Shown here in pieces: positions 25,101-37,000 of a DNA stretch of 64,000 nucleotides (its first letter is position 1; every line of letters begins with the position of its first letter). The stretch covers positions 59,830,001 to 59,894,000 of the forward strand of contig NC_135814.1 of the NCBI RefSeq assembly GCF_964213995.1, written 5' to 3'. The position numbers were made by a program, and so were the translations under genes. The notes under the pieces were generated by a model. The model saw only the letters and a program-made list of their open reading frames with translations, had not been told where the DNA came from and ran no database searches. Origin of the DNA: Mustelus asterias. Its lineage: Eukaryota.

Positions 25101-28100
25101 TGAAATAGAACATTATCCATTTTTGGCATGCAGTCGCAGTGCAAAGCATTTGCCTACAGATAGACTTTCACTTTAGTACCAATGTGATATAGTTACTTAC
25201 ATGAATCAGTTCAAAATGGCAATGTCTCGCTTTCAAAAAATTTAACACAACATTTTTCACAAGAAGAACGGGCTTCAAATATTTTCATAACTATAACCAA
25301 CCCTTCCAAAAAAAAATATTTACATACCTCATCACGGGAAAGCTTTTTATCACCATCCAAATCAATCAGTTTAAAAGATTCCACACTCCTTGGCCCCCGT
25401 CTCACAGCATAGAGTTCAATTTCGAAAATCAGGGTTGAATTGGGCGGTATCTTTTCTGAATAGAAAACCAAACATTATTTCCCTTTTATGTAAAGGTATG
25501 CTTGGTTTACATCTGGCCTTCATTTCCCCCATAAGTACTACAATTTCTGTTGTTTCGTCCTTCATCCAAATGGACAGGGCAGTTGAGCCTTATATTTGTC
25601 AAAGAAAATGGTGCTCATGCCTGATGCCTGAGATTTCTTCAGAATTGTTGTTGTGCAAAATAACCCAACAGATAGCAAGCAATTCTGACCTATTGAGGAA
25701 TCTATGTGCTACCTAGGAACGGCATACGAATTTGGGGGCCAGTGTTCTGCTCTAACCAATCTGGATTACTATTCCCATATTGAAGACAGACATTCAAATC
25801 ATGATTCTCAGGTAGTAATTAAAGTTTTAAACATGTTCTTTAATGTAATAAGTAAGACTGAAAAACTGTTTCCTGACTCAAACAGGTACTGTGCCTTTTG
25901 ATCCCTCACCACAGCCACATCCTATAACTTCAGTTATCCCAGTGATGTCCTGTTTGCACAGAGAAAGCTCTGTCCATTTTAGTTTAATTTCCCACCATGC
26001 TAAGTATTGTCAAGAAACTCCTTCTGTTCAGTTCTACCATTTTGATAGTTATCAGGAGGCCAATGGTCCACTTGGTCTTTTGGCTAAGTTCAAGCATCAG
26101 ATCAAGCCTGAGATGTGGTGCAATGTCTTATGTTGTCAGCTTGGATCTTGTTTGCCTCTCTTGTGGGAACCATGGATTGGATTCAACTGGAATTCGAATT
26201 CGGTTTCTGGAGAAAGGATTGGATTTGGGTTTTCCTGTCCACTCTGAGCATAGGCTTTGTCATTTTAAGGGTGGAGTAAAACATTTTTTAAAATTGCAAC
26301 AAGTCCATGTCTTTAGTACTTGGCCTTATTTTGGAGATTGTACAGGACCTTGTAAAGGAGAGAGGCCTCAGAGTATAGGAATTTCCTCCTCAGAGATGTT
26401 GTTGTGTTTATCACCTAACAAATAAGAAGCAATCCTGACCCATTCAGGAAATCATATGCTGCTTAAGAATGGCATGAGTTTGGGGACCAGTGCTCAGTTG
26501 TGACCAATTCTGGATTCCCATATTAAAAGACAAATCTTGATAGTCAAGTACTAATTAAATCAATGGTTATTGGTGCAGAATGACAAGGCAAAGGTCTTTC
26601 AACAGCATGATTTCCCACTTGCCCCATGTTAACTTTTGATATGCCAATTCTTCAAGATTAGTATGCTGACTGCTCACTTCCATGGGGAAAGTGAGACCTA
26701 TCTTGCTGTAGGTTGTTGCTTGGTCCACCAAAGTCTAACCTTTTCTTCCCCCTTCTTTTAGTATCTGTCACCTTACAAAACCCATTTTAATCTTCCTGCA
26801 CTACTCACTTTTGGAAAATTGCCTACTCTAGACCCATCCTTCCAACCATGGCATTATTATACTGACATTGATGAGTTCTATTTTCATGGAAAACATTCTT
26901 AACACAAATCCATCACCTTGATTTTTATTATTAGTGCTTATTACTTTAGTAATGCTGATGAGGTCTCATTTACTGTCAAAATTACCAAAGCACTGACATG
27001 CTTTCCTTTTGACCCACACAATCTTTAAAGTGATTCTTCATTTTTATTTGGTCAGAAGTCTATTATTTTTATTAATATTAGTGAAGCTAGTAATTCCAGG
27101 ACCAACTTTGAGTGTACGTACCGTGTAGAAATAAATACATGCACTCTACTCTACACCAGAGGTTCATCTTTCTCAGCATGCATAACTGCCCAAGTTATCA
27201 ATGGATTATGTAGATGGACAAGCTTCTTCTCATGAACTGTACAAAATTTTAAACAGTTAAAAGTGAGGCATTACCAATTAGTCAAGGCAATACAGAAGAA
27301 TATATTACATGTAAAAAAGTAGTAAATAATATTGTTAGGTTCATGCACAATTAGTTCTATGCCCAAAACATTCCAAACATTCCTTTAATAAACAATAAAA
27401 GTGCAGGAAATGCCACGGTATTAGATTATATTTTCTTCCAAAATAATCTGAAGAGTTTTGAAATAATGTTCATGCTGTTGGCCAAAATCTTCCACTGTTA
27501 AGTAACATGCATTAAATCATTGTTGTTTCACAGATGAAATTCATAGAACACAAGTGTGTATGTTAATGACCATGTCATACATTCAATGTTTATCTACAAG
27601 TTAAACTGGAGAGACTTTGTGTTATTTGTATTACATTAATGAGGCTTCAATAACAAATTTTAAAAATAAACAGGAAAAACTGTTAAATTGAATTTGAATA
27701 TTACCTCTGCCAATTACTCCATATCCCAGGGAAGGTGGTATAAGTAACTTCCTTTTTTCTCCTTCACACATGTCAGTCATACCAATGTCTAATCCTTTTA
27801 TCACTTGCCCAACACCAAGTATGAACCACTTAGGGTGGCCTTCATTGTCTGTACGACTGTAGGAATATGAAATGCTTTCTTCAATTAGCTAGGTCATAAA
27901 TCTTTCAACAAATCAAAATACAGAATTACAATTATGAAAGCTGTTTTGCAGAGAAGTTGGACCACCTAACCAAAACATAAAGTAAAAGGACAATATTTCC
28001 CCCCATACATAATCCAAATATGACATCCTTAGGACACAAAGCAAGTTGAAAATGTATTCAGGACATTTCTTCATTTGAATTTGTTATACTGAAATGCACT

Positions 28101-31100
28101 TCAGAAATTAATGTACATTGGAGGTGGCTGCCATCCTTCTCAATCCATAAACTAAGTTACAGGGTCAATAAACTAAGTTATATGATCCCTTACCATAGTC
28201 ATGTCCCACAACTTTATTCAATCTTCCTTTCCAACCCTCTGGTGTCCCAATTGTGCAGCAAAAGCACACTTTGGTTTACTTTCTAACAATGCTAAGATAT
28301 TGTAAAGATTTTCTTGTTTAGTTCTACCATTACAATAGTTATCAGGAAGCCAATAATCCATGGTCAGCTTGTGCACATCCCTAATATTGCAGCAGAACAG
28401 CATATTAGTATAATATGAAAGCAAATTACTACAGATGCTGGAAATGAAATTAAAACAGAAAATTCTGGAAAATCTCAGCAGGGTCTGACAGCATATGTGG
28501 AGAAAGAACAGAGCTAAGTTTGAGTCTGAATGACCCTCAAAGACTCATTCAGACTCTTAAAGTTAGCTTGGTTCTTTCTCCACAGATGCTGTCAGACCCG
28601 CTAAAATTTTCTAGCATTTTCTGTTTTTATTGCGATTAGTACTTAGCCTTATTTTAAAGATTCTACAGGACCTTGTAAAGAATGAACATTCCACAGGGTG
28701 TAAGGATTTCCCCCTCAGATGTTGTTTCTTACAATGACCCAACAAAAAACAAACAATCCTGACCCATTGAGGAAATCGTATGCTACTTAGAAATGGCACG
28801 AGTGTGAGGACCAGTGCTCGGTTGTGACCGATTTGGATTACTATTCCCATATTAAAGCCAGACATTTAAATCTTACCACATCTCAACCTTAATAGAATTA
28901 TGACTTAAACGCAAGTTTAGAAGTTTTAAAAGTTTATTTACTGGTGTCACAAGTAGGCTTACATTAACACTGCAATGAAGTTACTGTGAAAATCCCCTAG
29001 TTGCCACACTTGGGCACTTGTCCGGGTACACTTAGGGAGAATTTAGCATGGCCAATACACCTAACCAGCATGTCTTTTGGACTATGGGAGGAAACCGGTG
29101 CATCCGGAGGAAACCCATGCAGACACGGGGAGAATGTGCAAACTCCACACAGACAGTGACCCAAGCAGGGAATCAAACCTAGGTCCCTGGCACTGTGAGG
29201 CAGCAGTGCTAATCACTGTGCCACCATGCCGCCCTTACAAGTAGATATTTAATTATAATTTATGCTGGGATTGCCTCTGGTAATTGCTCCATATCGAGAG
29301 TGTAAGTGTTTTTTAAACTGTTTGCTAGTCTGACGAGAAAGGTCTCTATTAAGAGCAAAAAAAAACTTTATCCGAATACAAGCTTCACTCTAAAGAATTC
29401 AGAATCGTTTTCAATGACTACACAAGGTATAAATGACCTGGAAGTATATCTAGTTATATTGCTTCATGTTTCAATAATACTAAACAATAACATTTACAGT
29501 ATCTCCATTTTATTTATAATATTAAATATTGTTCTTCATACCATCATAATGAAAGCTTCTTAGCTGAAAAATGGTAACTGAACAATTCACGCCAATCTGT
29601 TCAAAATGGTCAATCAGGTGACAGCACAAAATGGAAATTCACCTTTATTTCTTTGAGAGTGAATGATAAAACTTAAGAAAAATGTTCAATACATAATATA
29701 ATCCGCATTAGAAACTGGCCTAATCTCATCAAAGATCATGCCTGGCTATCATTGGTTTTTAATGAGCGATATTGAAAAAGAAACTTTAGAATGATAAGAA
29801 AAGCAAAGAGAAAAGTGTACATAGCGATAATAAACGTAAACAGTTGAACAAGTCAAAATAAATAAATCAGAATAAGAGGAGAAAGGGATGACAGTGATTA
29901 AAGATTAAAGTGTTCTTCAGTTTACTTTAGGTACTAACCTATTAATGTTTTGTTTTATTACTGTAAAGAAATACAAACTTGTATTCAGTATCAAAATGTC
30001 AGCTCAAAAATACAGGTCAGCTGAAGGAGGCTGAATTTCTGTCATCTTCAAAGTAAACATGGGTTAAAAGATATGACCACCATAGCTAAAAAATTAAATC
30101 ACATTGACAAAATAGGCCAGAGCTGAATGTAAGAATGCAAAAATTGACGCACCAGAGCAGCTTAATTTCATTTTCCTAAGGAAAACTTACAGAAATATTC
30201 TTAAATTAAAAACAAAATTACACTACAGTATCATCATATTCAGCAGATTAGGAACTTCAGTTTAAGATCGCTCACGCAGGCTGCTTGACATCACAAACCT
30301 TTATTCAATTGAGAAAATAAACAGAGTCAAGCAGTGCAGACAGTTACAATCTCCCTGATTAATAAAGAGAAGAATTTGATTTTCCTCTTGGAGGAATAAC
30401 TCCATACAACAATCGTGTGACAATTATCTCGGGGAAATTTGAGGAGAAACTCACAGAAGATCGATTGAGTGGCATCTGCTGCTTGGTTTCAGAGTCAGGG
30501 TGGCCTGACCACAGTTAGCCTGGGACTGCTACTTACTGAAAACCTTATAGCACAAGATGTATTTTGTAACCTGTGTTATACTTAAAATCTGTGTACATTT
30601 GCAAAGACAAGTGAGTGTGAAGGAATATCGTATTGTCGTCAAACCTTTTGTGTTTAATACATTTTTTTGTTGTTGAAAGCTATTTGGCAGCCCTCTGGCA
30701 CTGTTCATCCACATTTTCTTAAAAAAAGAAAAAGTTATAGTCTTTTGGATCAGGGTCCAATTAGACCATAAGACACAGGAGCAGAATTAGGCCACTCGGC
30801 CCATCGAGTCTGCTCTGCCATTCAATCATGGCTGATATTTTTCTCATCCCCATTCTCCTGCCCTTTCACCATAATCCCTGATCCCCTTATTAATCAAGAA
30901 CCTATCTTTGTCTTAAAGACACTCAATGACCTGGCTTCCACGGCCCTCTGCGGCAAAGAGTTCCACAGATTCACCACTCTCTGGCTGAAGAAATTCCTCC
31001 TCATCTCTGTTTTAAAGGATCGTCCCTTCAGCCTGAGGTTGTGCCCTCTGGTTCTAGTTTTTCCTACTAGTGGAAACATCCTCTCCACATCCACTCCAAC

Positions 31101-33358
31101 CAGGCCTTGCAGTATCCTGTAAGTTTCAATAAGATCCTCCCTCATCCTTCTAAACTCCAATGAGTACAGACTCAGAGTCCTCAACCATTCCTCGTACAAC
31201 AAGCTCTTCATTCCAGAGATCATTCTTGTGAACCTCCTCTGCACTCTTTCCAAGGCCAGCACATCCTTCCTTAGATACGGAGCCCAAAACTGCTCAGAAT
31301 ACTCCAAATGGGGTCTGACCAGAGCCTTATACAGCCTCAGAAGTATATCCCTGTTCTCGTATTCTCGCCCTCTCGACATGAATGCTAACATTGCATTTGC
31401 TTTCCTAACTGCTGACTGAACCTGCACATTAACCTTAAGAGAATCTTGAACAAGGACTCCCAAGTCCCTTTGTGTTTCTGACTTCCTAAGCATTTCCCCA
31501 TTCAGAAAACAGTCTATGCCTCCATTCCTCCTTCCAAAGTGCATAACCTCACACTTTTCCATATTGTACTCAATCTGCCACTTCTTTGCCCACTTTCCTA
31601 ACCTGTTCAAGTCCTTCTGCAGCCTCCCACCCCCGCTTCCTCAATATTACCTGTCCCTCTACATATCTTTGTACCATCTGCAAACTTAGCAACAGTGCCT
31701 TCAGTTCCTTCTTCCCAATCGTTAGTGTATATTGTGAAAAGTTATGGTCCCAGCACTGACCCGAGGCACATCACTAGTCACCGGCTGCCATCCTGAAAAA
31801 GACCCCTTTATCCCCACTCTCTGTCTTCCACCAGTTAGCTAATCCTCTATCCATGCCAGGATCTTGCCCTTAACACCATGGGCACTTAACTTATTTAACA
31901 GTCTTCTATGCGGCACCTTGTCAAAGGCCTTCTGGAAATCTAAATAAATCACGTCCACTGGTTCTCCTTTATCTAACTTCCTTGTTACCTCCTCAAAGAA
32001 CTCTAACAGATTTGTCAGACATGACCTCCCCATGACAAAGCCGTGCTGACTCAGTCCTATTTTATCATGCACTTCCAAGTACTCTGCAATCTCATTTTTA
32101 ATAATGGACTCTAAAATCTTGCCAATGACCTAAGTCAGGCTAACTGACCTATAATTTCCCGTCTGCTGCCTCCCTCCCTTCTTAAACAGCGGTGTTACAT
32201 TAGCTACTTTCCAGTCCTCTCGGACCCTCCCTGCCTCCAGCGATTCCTGAAAAATCACTACCAATGCCTCCACAATTTCCTCAGCTATCTCTTTTATAAT
32301 CCTGTGGTGTAGTCCATCCGGTCTAGGTGATTTATCCACCTTCAGACCTTTCAGTTTCCCCAGAACCTTCTCCTTAGTGATTGCCACTGCACTCACCTGT
32401 GCCCCCAATTCTCCTGGAGCTCTGGCATCGCACTGGTGTCTTCCACCATGAAGACTGATGCAAAGTAACTATTCAGTTCCTCTGCCATTTCTTTGTTATC
32501 ATTCCAATTCTGGGAGCTCCAGTCCAGTAGTAACACCAACTGGGATTGGAGCAACTCCAATAAATAAAGCTCAATGCAAGTTCGAGGAAGAGGACCTTAT
32601 CCTTCAATCGGGCATTTACAGCCTTCTGAACTCAACATTTGAGTTCAACAAATTCAGACTGTAATCTCTTCCCCCATGTTCTTTGCAGGTTTTGTTCTTG
32701 CAGTCCTGTTTCTTCCTTATTTTTGCTTTTGGACTGCCTCTGTTCATCATTCTGCCATTCACACCTCACCTAGGCACATATTTTGTCTCTTTCATCACCA
32801 CTCCCAAATGGCATAATCTTTTTGTCAAATAATCTCACCTGCTCCCCATTCATCACAGATCTTCCTTATTGCATTCCCATCCCACCCCACCCTTACATGT
32901 GCCGTTCCAACTTTTCCCAGTAATGATGGAAGGTCATCAGCCTGAAACTTTAACTCCTCTGTTTCTCTCACCACAGATGGACCTCAGTGTCTCATTTCAG
33001 ATTTCCAGCATCCGCAGTATTTTGCTTTCGAACATGAAATACCAACTTGGCTTTAGGGAAAGGTGCAGAATGGAACTGGCAGAAAATGTACAAAGTAAAA
33101 TCCAAATTTGTCATTTCCCAAGTAAAGTAGAAGAAAACACTGACAGGCGACTAACCTGCAGTAAACTTTGGAGCCGTCTTTTGCCAGGAAGCCATCGTAA
33201 TGAGCATTAAGCGCATCTCCACGTTTGCTCTTCACAGGACAGTTTTCTGGCTTGTACAAAACTTCTATCTTTACTTCTTCCGCGTCTTCCGCGCAAATGC
33301 CGTCGAAGAGAACAGTGCAAACCAGCGAGTAAAACAGCAAAGCGCTATGTCGGTACAT
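22030..33358 (-). CDS. FKBP7: FK506-binding protein 7 (ER peptidyl-prolyl isomerase with EF-hands), join complement 33358-33156, 27856-27705, 25455-25328, 22191-22030; 645 nt, 214 aa
   Basis: Signal peptide [27 protein letters not shown] domain ([21 protein letters not shown]...[21 protein letters not shown]...[13 protein letters not shown]), EF-hand loops [12 protein letters not shown] and [13 protein letters not shown]-terminal HDEL. Confidence 0.96.
22735..24540. mobile_element. Cluster of CR1/L2-clade LINE fragments
   Basis: ORFs with RT-like [15 protein letters not shown] (+, ~23500) and [13 protein letters not shown] 3' motifs in both orientations. Confidence 0.7.
25328..25455 (-). CDS. 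FKBP7: FKBP7 exon 3 (128 nt)
   Basis: tattcag| [42 protein letters not shown] |gtatgt. Confidence 0.95.
27705..27856 (-). CDS. FKBP7: FKBP7 exon 2 (152 nt)
   Basis: cctacag| [50 protein letters not shown] |gtaat. Confidence 0.95.
28939..29233 (-). mobile_element. tRNA-derived SINE (HE1-related subfamily)
   Basis: Minus strand ggcggcatggtggcacagtgattagcactgctgcctca...; similar copies at 46295-46572 (-) and 61215-61490 (+). Confidence 0.8.
30764..32476 (-). mobile_element. CR1 LINE (RT region and 3' end)
   Basis: ORFs [71 protein letters not shown]; tcttatggtct tail. Confidence 0.95.
33156..33358 (-). CDS. FKBP7: FKBP7 exon 1 (203 nt coding)
   Basis: ATG at 33358-33356; ends KVYC-AG|gttag. 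Confidence 0.94.
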
Positions 33359-34030
33359 GCTGGAGATGAGGTTGGTTAACGAACACCGCCGTAAACCGTC
33401 AGCTGCAGCTCGAGCTCTGCTGCCACGTCGCAACGGGCCACGTAACCCAGACAACGGACTTCGGGGCGGGCGACCCTCACTGTCATTGGCTCCTCGAGCT
33501 GTCAATCAGCGACCCCACCGCCCAATCCCATTCGTGCGCGAGACAAGCCCGCCCCAGCTCGCGGGCGGACGGGCAGTTCTGCGGCTGCGCGGCCACTGCC
33601 TTTTCTGATCGTTGTTGCTGGTGGCCTCCCTCCCCCCCTTGCGTTGTTAGGGTGGGAGCTTCCGGTGCCGAAGGTGGGGGGTCGAAGGTCGGCAGGCAGG
33701 CAGGGAGGGTGGGTAGCCTGGTTGTCGGGATGGTACTGAGTGAGGGATCCACTGTGTCTGAGGCCGGGGCCACGGGCGAACCGAGGCCCGCGCAGCAATG
33801 AAAGCGAGAGCGCGGGCCGGACTGGATTGGGCCACTTGGGGGGGTTTTGCTGCGGCCTGGATGTGAAGGCGAGCTGATGCTGAAGTGACGCCGGATCGGA
33901 AGATGTGAAAATGGAAGGGATCCTGTACAAGTGGACCAATTACCTGACGGGTGAGTGGGGAGCAGGCCGGGGCTGGGTGGGTGTTGAAGGTGTCCATCTC
34001 CCGGGCTGTAAGTGAGGGGGATCCGTGCGG
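33280..34030. promoter_or_regulatory. CpG-island bidirectional promoter of FKBP7 and PLEKHA3
   Basis: GC/CpG-rich against an AT-rich background; the two ATGs are 552 bp apart head-to-head; CCAAT boxes at 33485, 33522 and 33826; GC box at 33463-33470. Confidence 0.88.
33911..33950 (+). CDS. PLEKHA3: PLEKHA3 exon 1 (40 nt coding)
   Basis: aaaATGG context, [14 protein letters not shown]|gtgagt. Confidence 0.95.
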
Positions 34031-37000
34031 TGGCAATAATAAATACCCAGTCAATAAGTTATGGCGAAGAGCGAAATACAATGCGTGCGCTGGAGAGCTG
34101 GAAAACGGGAAATACTGGACACGCTCAGCACGTTTGGCAACATCTGCGGAGAGAGAAAGTTAATGTCTAAATGTGACGAACTAGTCAGAGCTGGGAAAAG
34201 TTAGGAATGTAGTTGTTCTTGAGTAAATGAAAGTGAGGGTTTTGGGAAGATAACATGAACAAAAGTGAGTGGAAAAAAGGAAAGATTAAATGACAGTAGA
34301 GTTGGTACAGGGATAAATTAAGTGATAATAGTGAAGGTAAAGGAACGAAAGATGTGTCCAGAGGAATTGGGAATGGTAGACTGAACCCCCCTCCTAAAAG
34401 CAGAAACAAAAAAAAAACAATCTCTACATAGAAAAAGGAAACAAAATAGGAGCAGACGTTATGGTCTGTAATTGTTAAATTTAGGGTTGAGTTGGGAGAA
34501 CTGAGAAGTGCCAAATTGAAATAAGAGGTGCTCTTTTTGAGCTTTATTGGAACATAACAGAAGGCCAAGGATGGAAGAGTCTGCCTGAGAGCATGTGGAG
34601 AACTAAAATGACAGGTGACTGGAAGCTCAGGACATGCTTGTGTACTGGATAGAGATAATCCACAAAGCAGTCAATCTGACTGTATTTGGTCTCCCCAATG
34701 ATGAACAGATCTATTTTGATCAGTGAATGTAGTAATTGAAATAAGTATATGTAAACATGAAAAGTGTGTTTGGAACTTAGGATGGTGAGGAGAGAGGAGG
34801 TAAAAGTGCGAGTGTTGCATCTCCTGTGCTTGTGTGGAAAGGAACCATGCCAAGGGAAGGAGCTGTTGGTGGTAATTGAGAAATACACAAGTGTATCATG
34901 GTGGGAATGGTTCCTCCAAGTGCAAAAAAGAGAGGGTGGGGAAGATTTGTTTCGTTCTGTTATACTTGAAATAGCAGAGGATGATCTGTTAAAAATGGAA
35001 GCCAGTGAGGTGAAAGGGAAGAGAGGGGCTCTATCTTGGATGGGGGGGCGGGGGGAAGAGGAAGGGATGAGAGTGGGAGTGTCGGAAATTGGACAGACAA
35101 GGCCAAGAACCCTGTCAGCTATTGTAGGGCTGGACGGTGTGCAGGTGATCGCTAGCTGTGGAAAAAGGAAAATATCAGAAATTATCAATTTTGCTTCCAA
35201 TTTCCACCCCACACTCTCCTTCATATCGTCAATTTCCAACACTTCCGCTTTTTGACTTCTGTCTCCTTTTTAGGTGATAGACTTTATAAACCCACCGACT
35301 TCCATAGCTACCTCAACCACAATTCCTCTCACTCTGTTTCCTGGAAGAACTCCATTCTATTATCCCAGTTCCTCCAACTGTCGCATCTGCTTCAATGATG
35401 CTCCCTTTCCAAACTGCACTTCTGGCGAGTCTTTTTCCTGCGCCAATGTTCCCTCCCACACTGTGCTTGACAGGGCACTTAACCATGTGCAATCCATCTC
35501 TTCTCACCTCTGCCCTCACCCCTTTCTCTCTTTTCCATAACTGTCCCCTTTATCCTCACTTTCCACCCCTTCGCACTCAAAGGATTAACCCATGCTAATT
35601 CTGCCAACTCCAGCATGATGCTGCCACAAAATTCATCTTCCCCTCAAAACCCTGTCAGTATTCCGTAAGAATTGTTCCCTCCATGACACCCTGATCCCCT
35701 CCTCCATCATCCCCAACTCCTTGTCTCCTTGCCATGGTGGATACCTTCCCTTGCAATTGCATAAGGTGTAACACCTGCTATTTTACCTCCTCACCATCCA
35801 AGGCACCAGAAACTCCTTTCAGGCAAAACCGTGATTCACTTGCACCGTCTTCAACTTAGTCTACTGTATTTGCTGCTCTCAATGCCGCCTCCTCTACATT
35901 GGGAAGACTACACAGACTGGGTGACTGATTTGTAGAACACCTTCGCTCAGTCGCAACCATGACCTTGACCTCCCTGTCACTTGCCATTTTAACTCACCGC
36001 CTTGCTCTCAAACCCACATTTCCGTTCTTGGCATGCTGCAGTGTTCCAGTGAAACGTAATACAAACTGGAGGAATGGAACCACATCATCCGATTTGATAC
36101 TTTACAGCCTTCTGGACTTAACATTGAATTCAACAACTACAGACCACAAACTCTCTCATAGAATCCCCACTGTGCAGAAGAAGGCCATCCTTCCTATTAA
36201 GTCTGCACTGACTCATCGCATTTAATTTTGAACTCTGGGCAATTTGGCCAATCAACCTAAGTGCACATCTTTAGACTGTGGGAGCACCCAGAGAAAACTC
36301 ATGCAGTCACAGGGAGATAAGCAAACTCTACATAGACAGTCACCCGAGGCTGGAATTGAACCCGGGTCCCTGCGCTGTGAGGCAGCTGTGCTAACCACTG
36401 TGGCACTGTGCTGCCCACCCCATTTTGATTTTTTAAAAAATCTTACTTTTTTCCCCCAACCCCCTCTCCCCACAGAGGCATCTGTAACTTGTTATAGTTT
36501 ACTTGCATAGAGTACTGATCCTTGTTCTGCTATTAACACATTCTGCTATCTTACCTTCTGCCACTATTAGCACTTTCTATAGTCTTTAACACGACCATTA
36601 ATCTTTGTATTGTGTCTATGGCAACCTTGTCAAATATCACCTGGGCTCCCACCTATCCCTGACCTTTTCTCCAACAGTAAAACATCCATCACATTTCTAT
36701 CACTCTTCAACTCTAAAGAGGAGTCATACGGACTCAAAATGTTAACTCTTTCTCTCTCCACAGATGCGGCCAGACCTGCTGAGTTTTTCCAGAATTTTCT
36801 GCTTTTGTTTCAGATATATTAGAAGCATTGATACAGAAAGTTTCATCTTCAGAAACCATGTAGCAGAGGGCAAATAATTAGGAGAAGAGTACTTGCAGGG
36901 TGTGAGGAGGTGTGGCCGAGGTAGCTGTGAAAATCTTTTGGCTTATAGTGAAGATCCATTGATGGCCTACCCTCCGAAATGGAGACTGAAGTTTAGGAAT

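Noticed and set aside
33357-34163. Overlapping ORFs across the CpG island, including the N-terminal extension of ORF 33053..33505
   Set aside because: Stop-poor GC-rich sequence; the FKBP7 signal peptide starts at ATG 33358
34544-35255. 232-aa and 163-aa opposing ORFs as novel genes
   Set aside because: Frameshifted Penelope GIY-YIG remnants and their antisense
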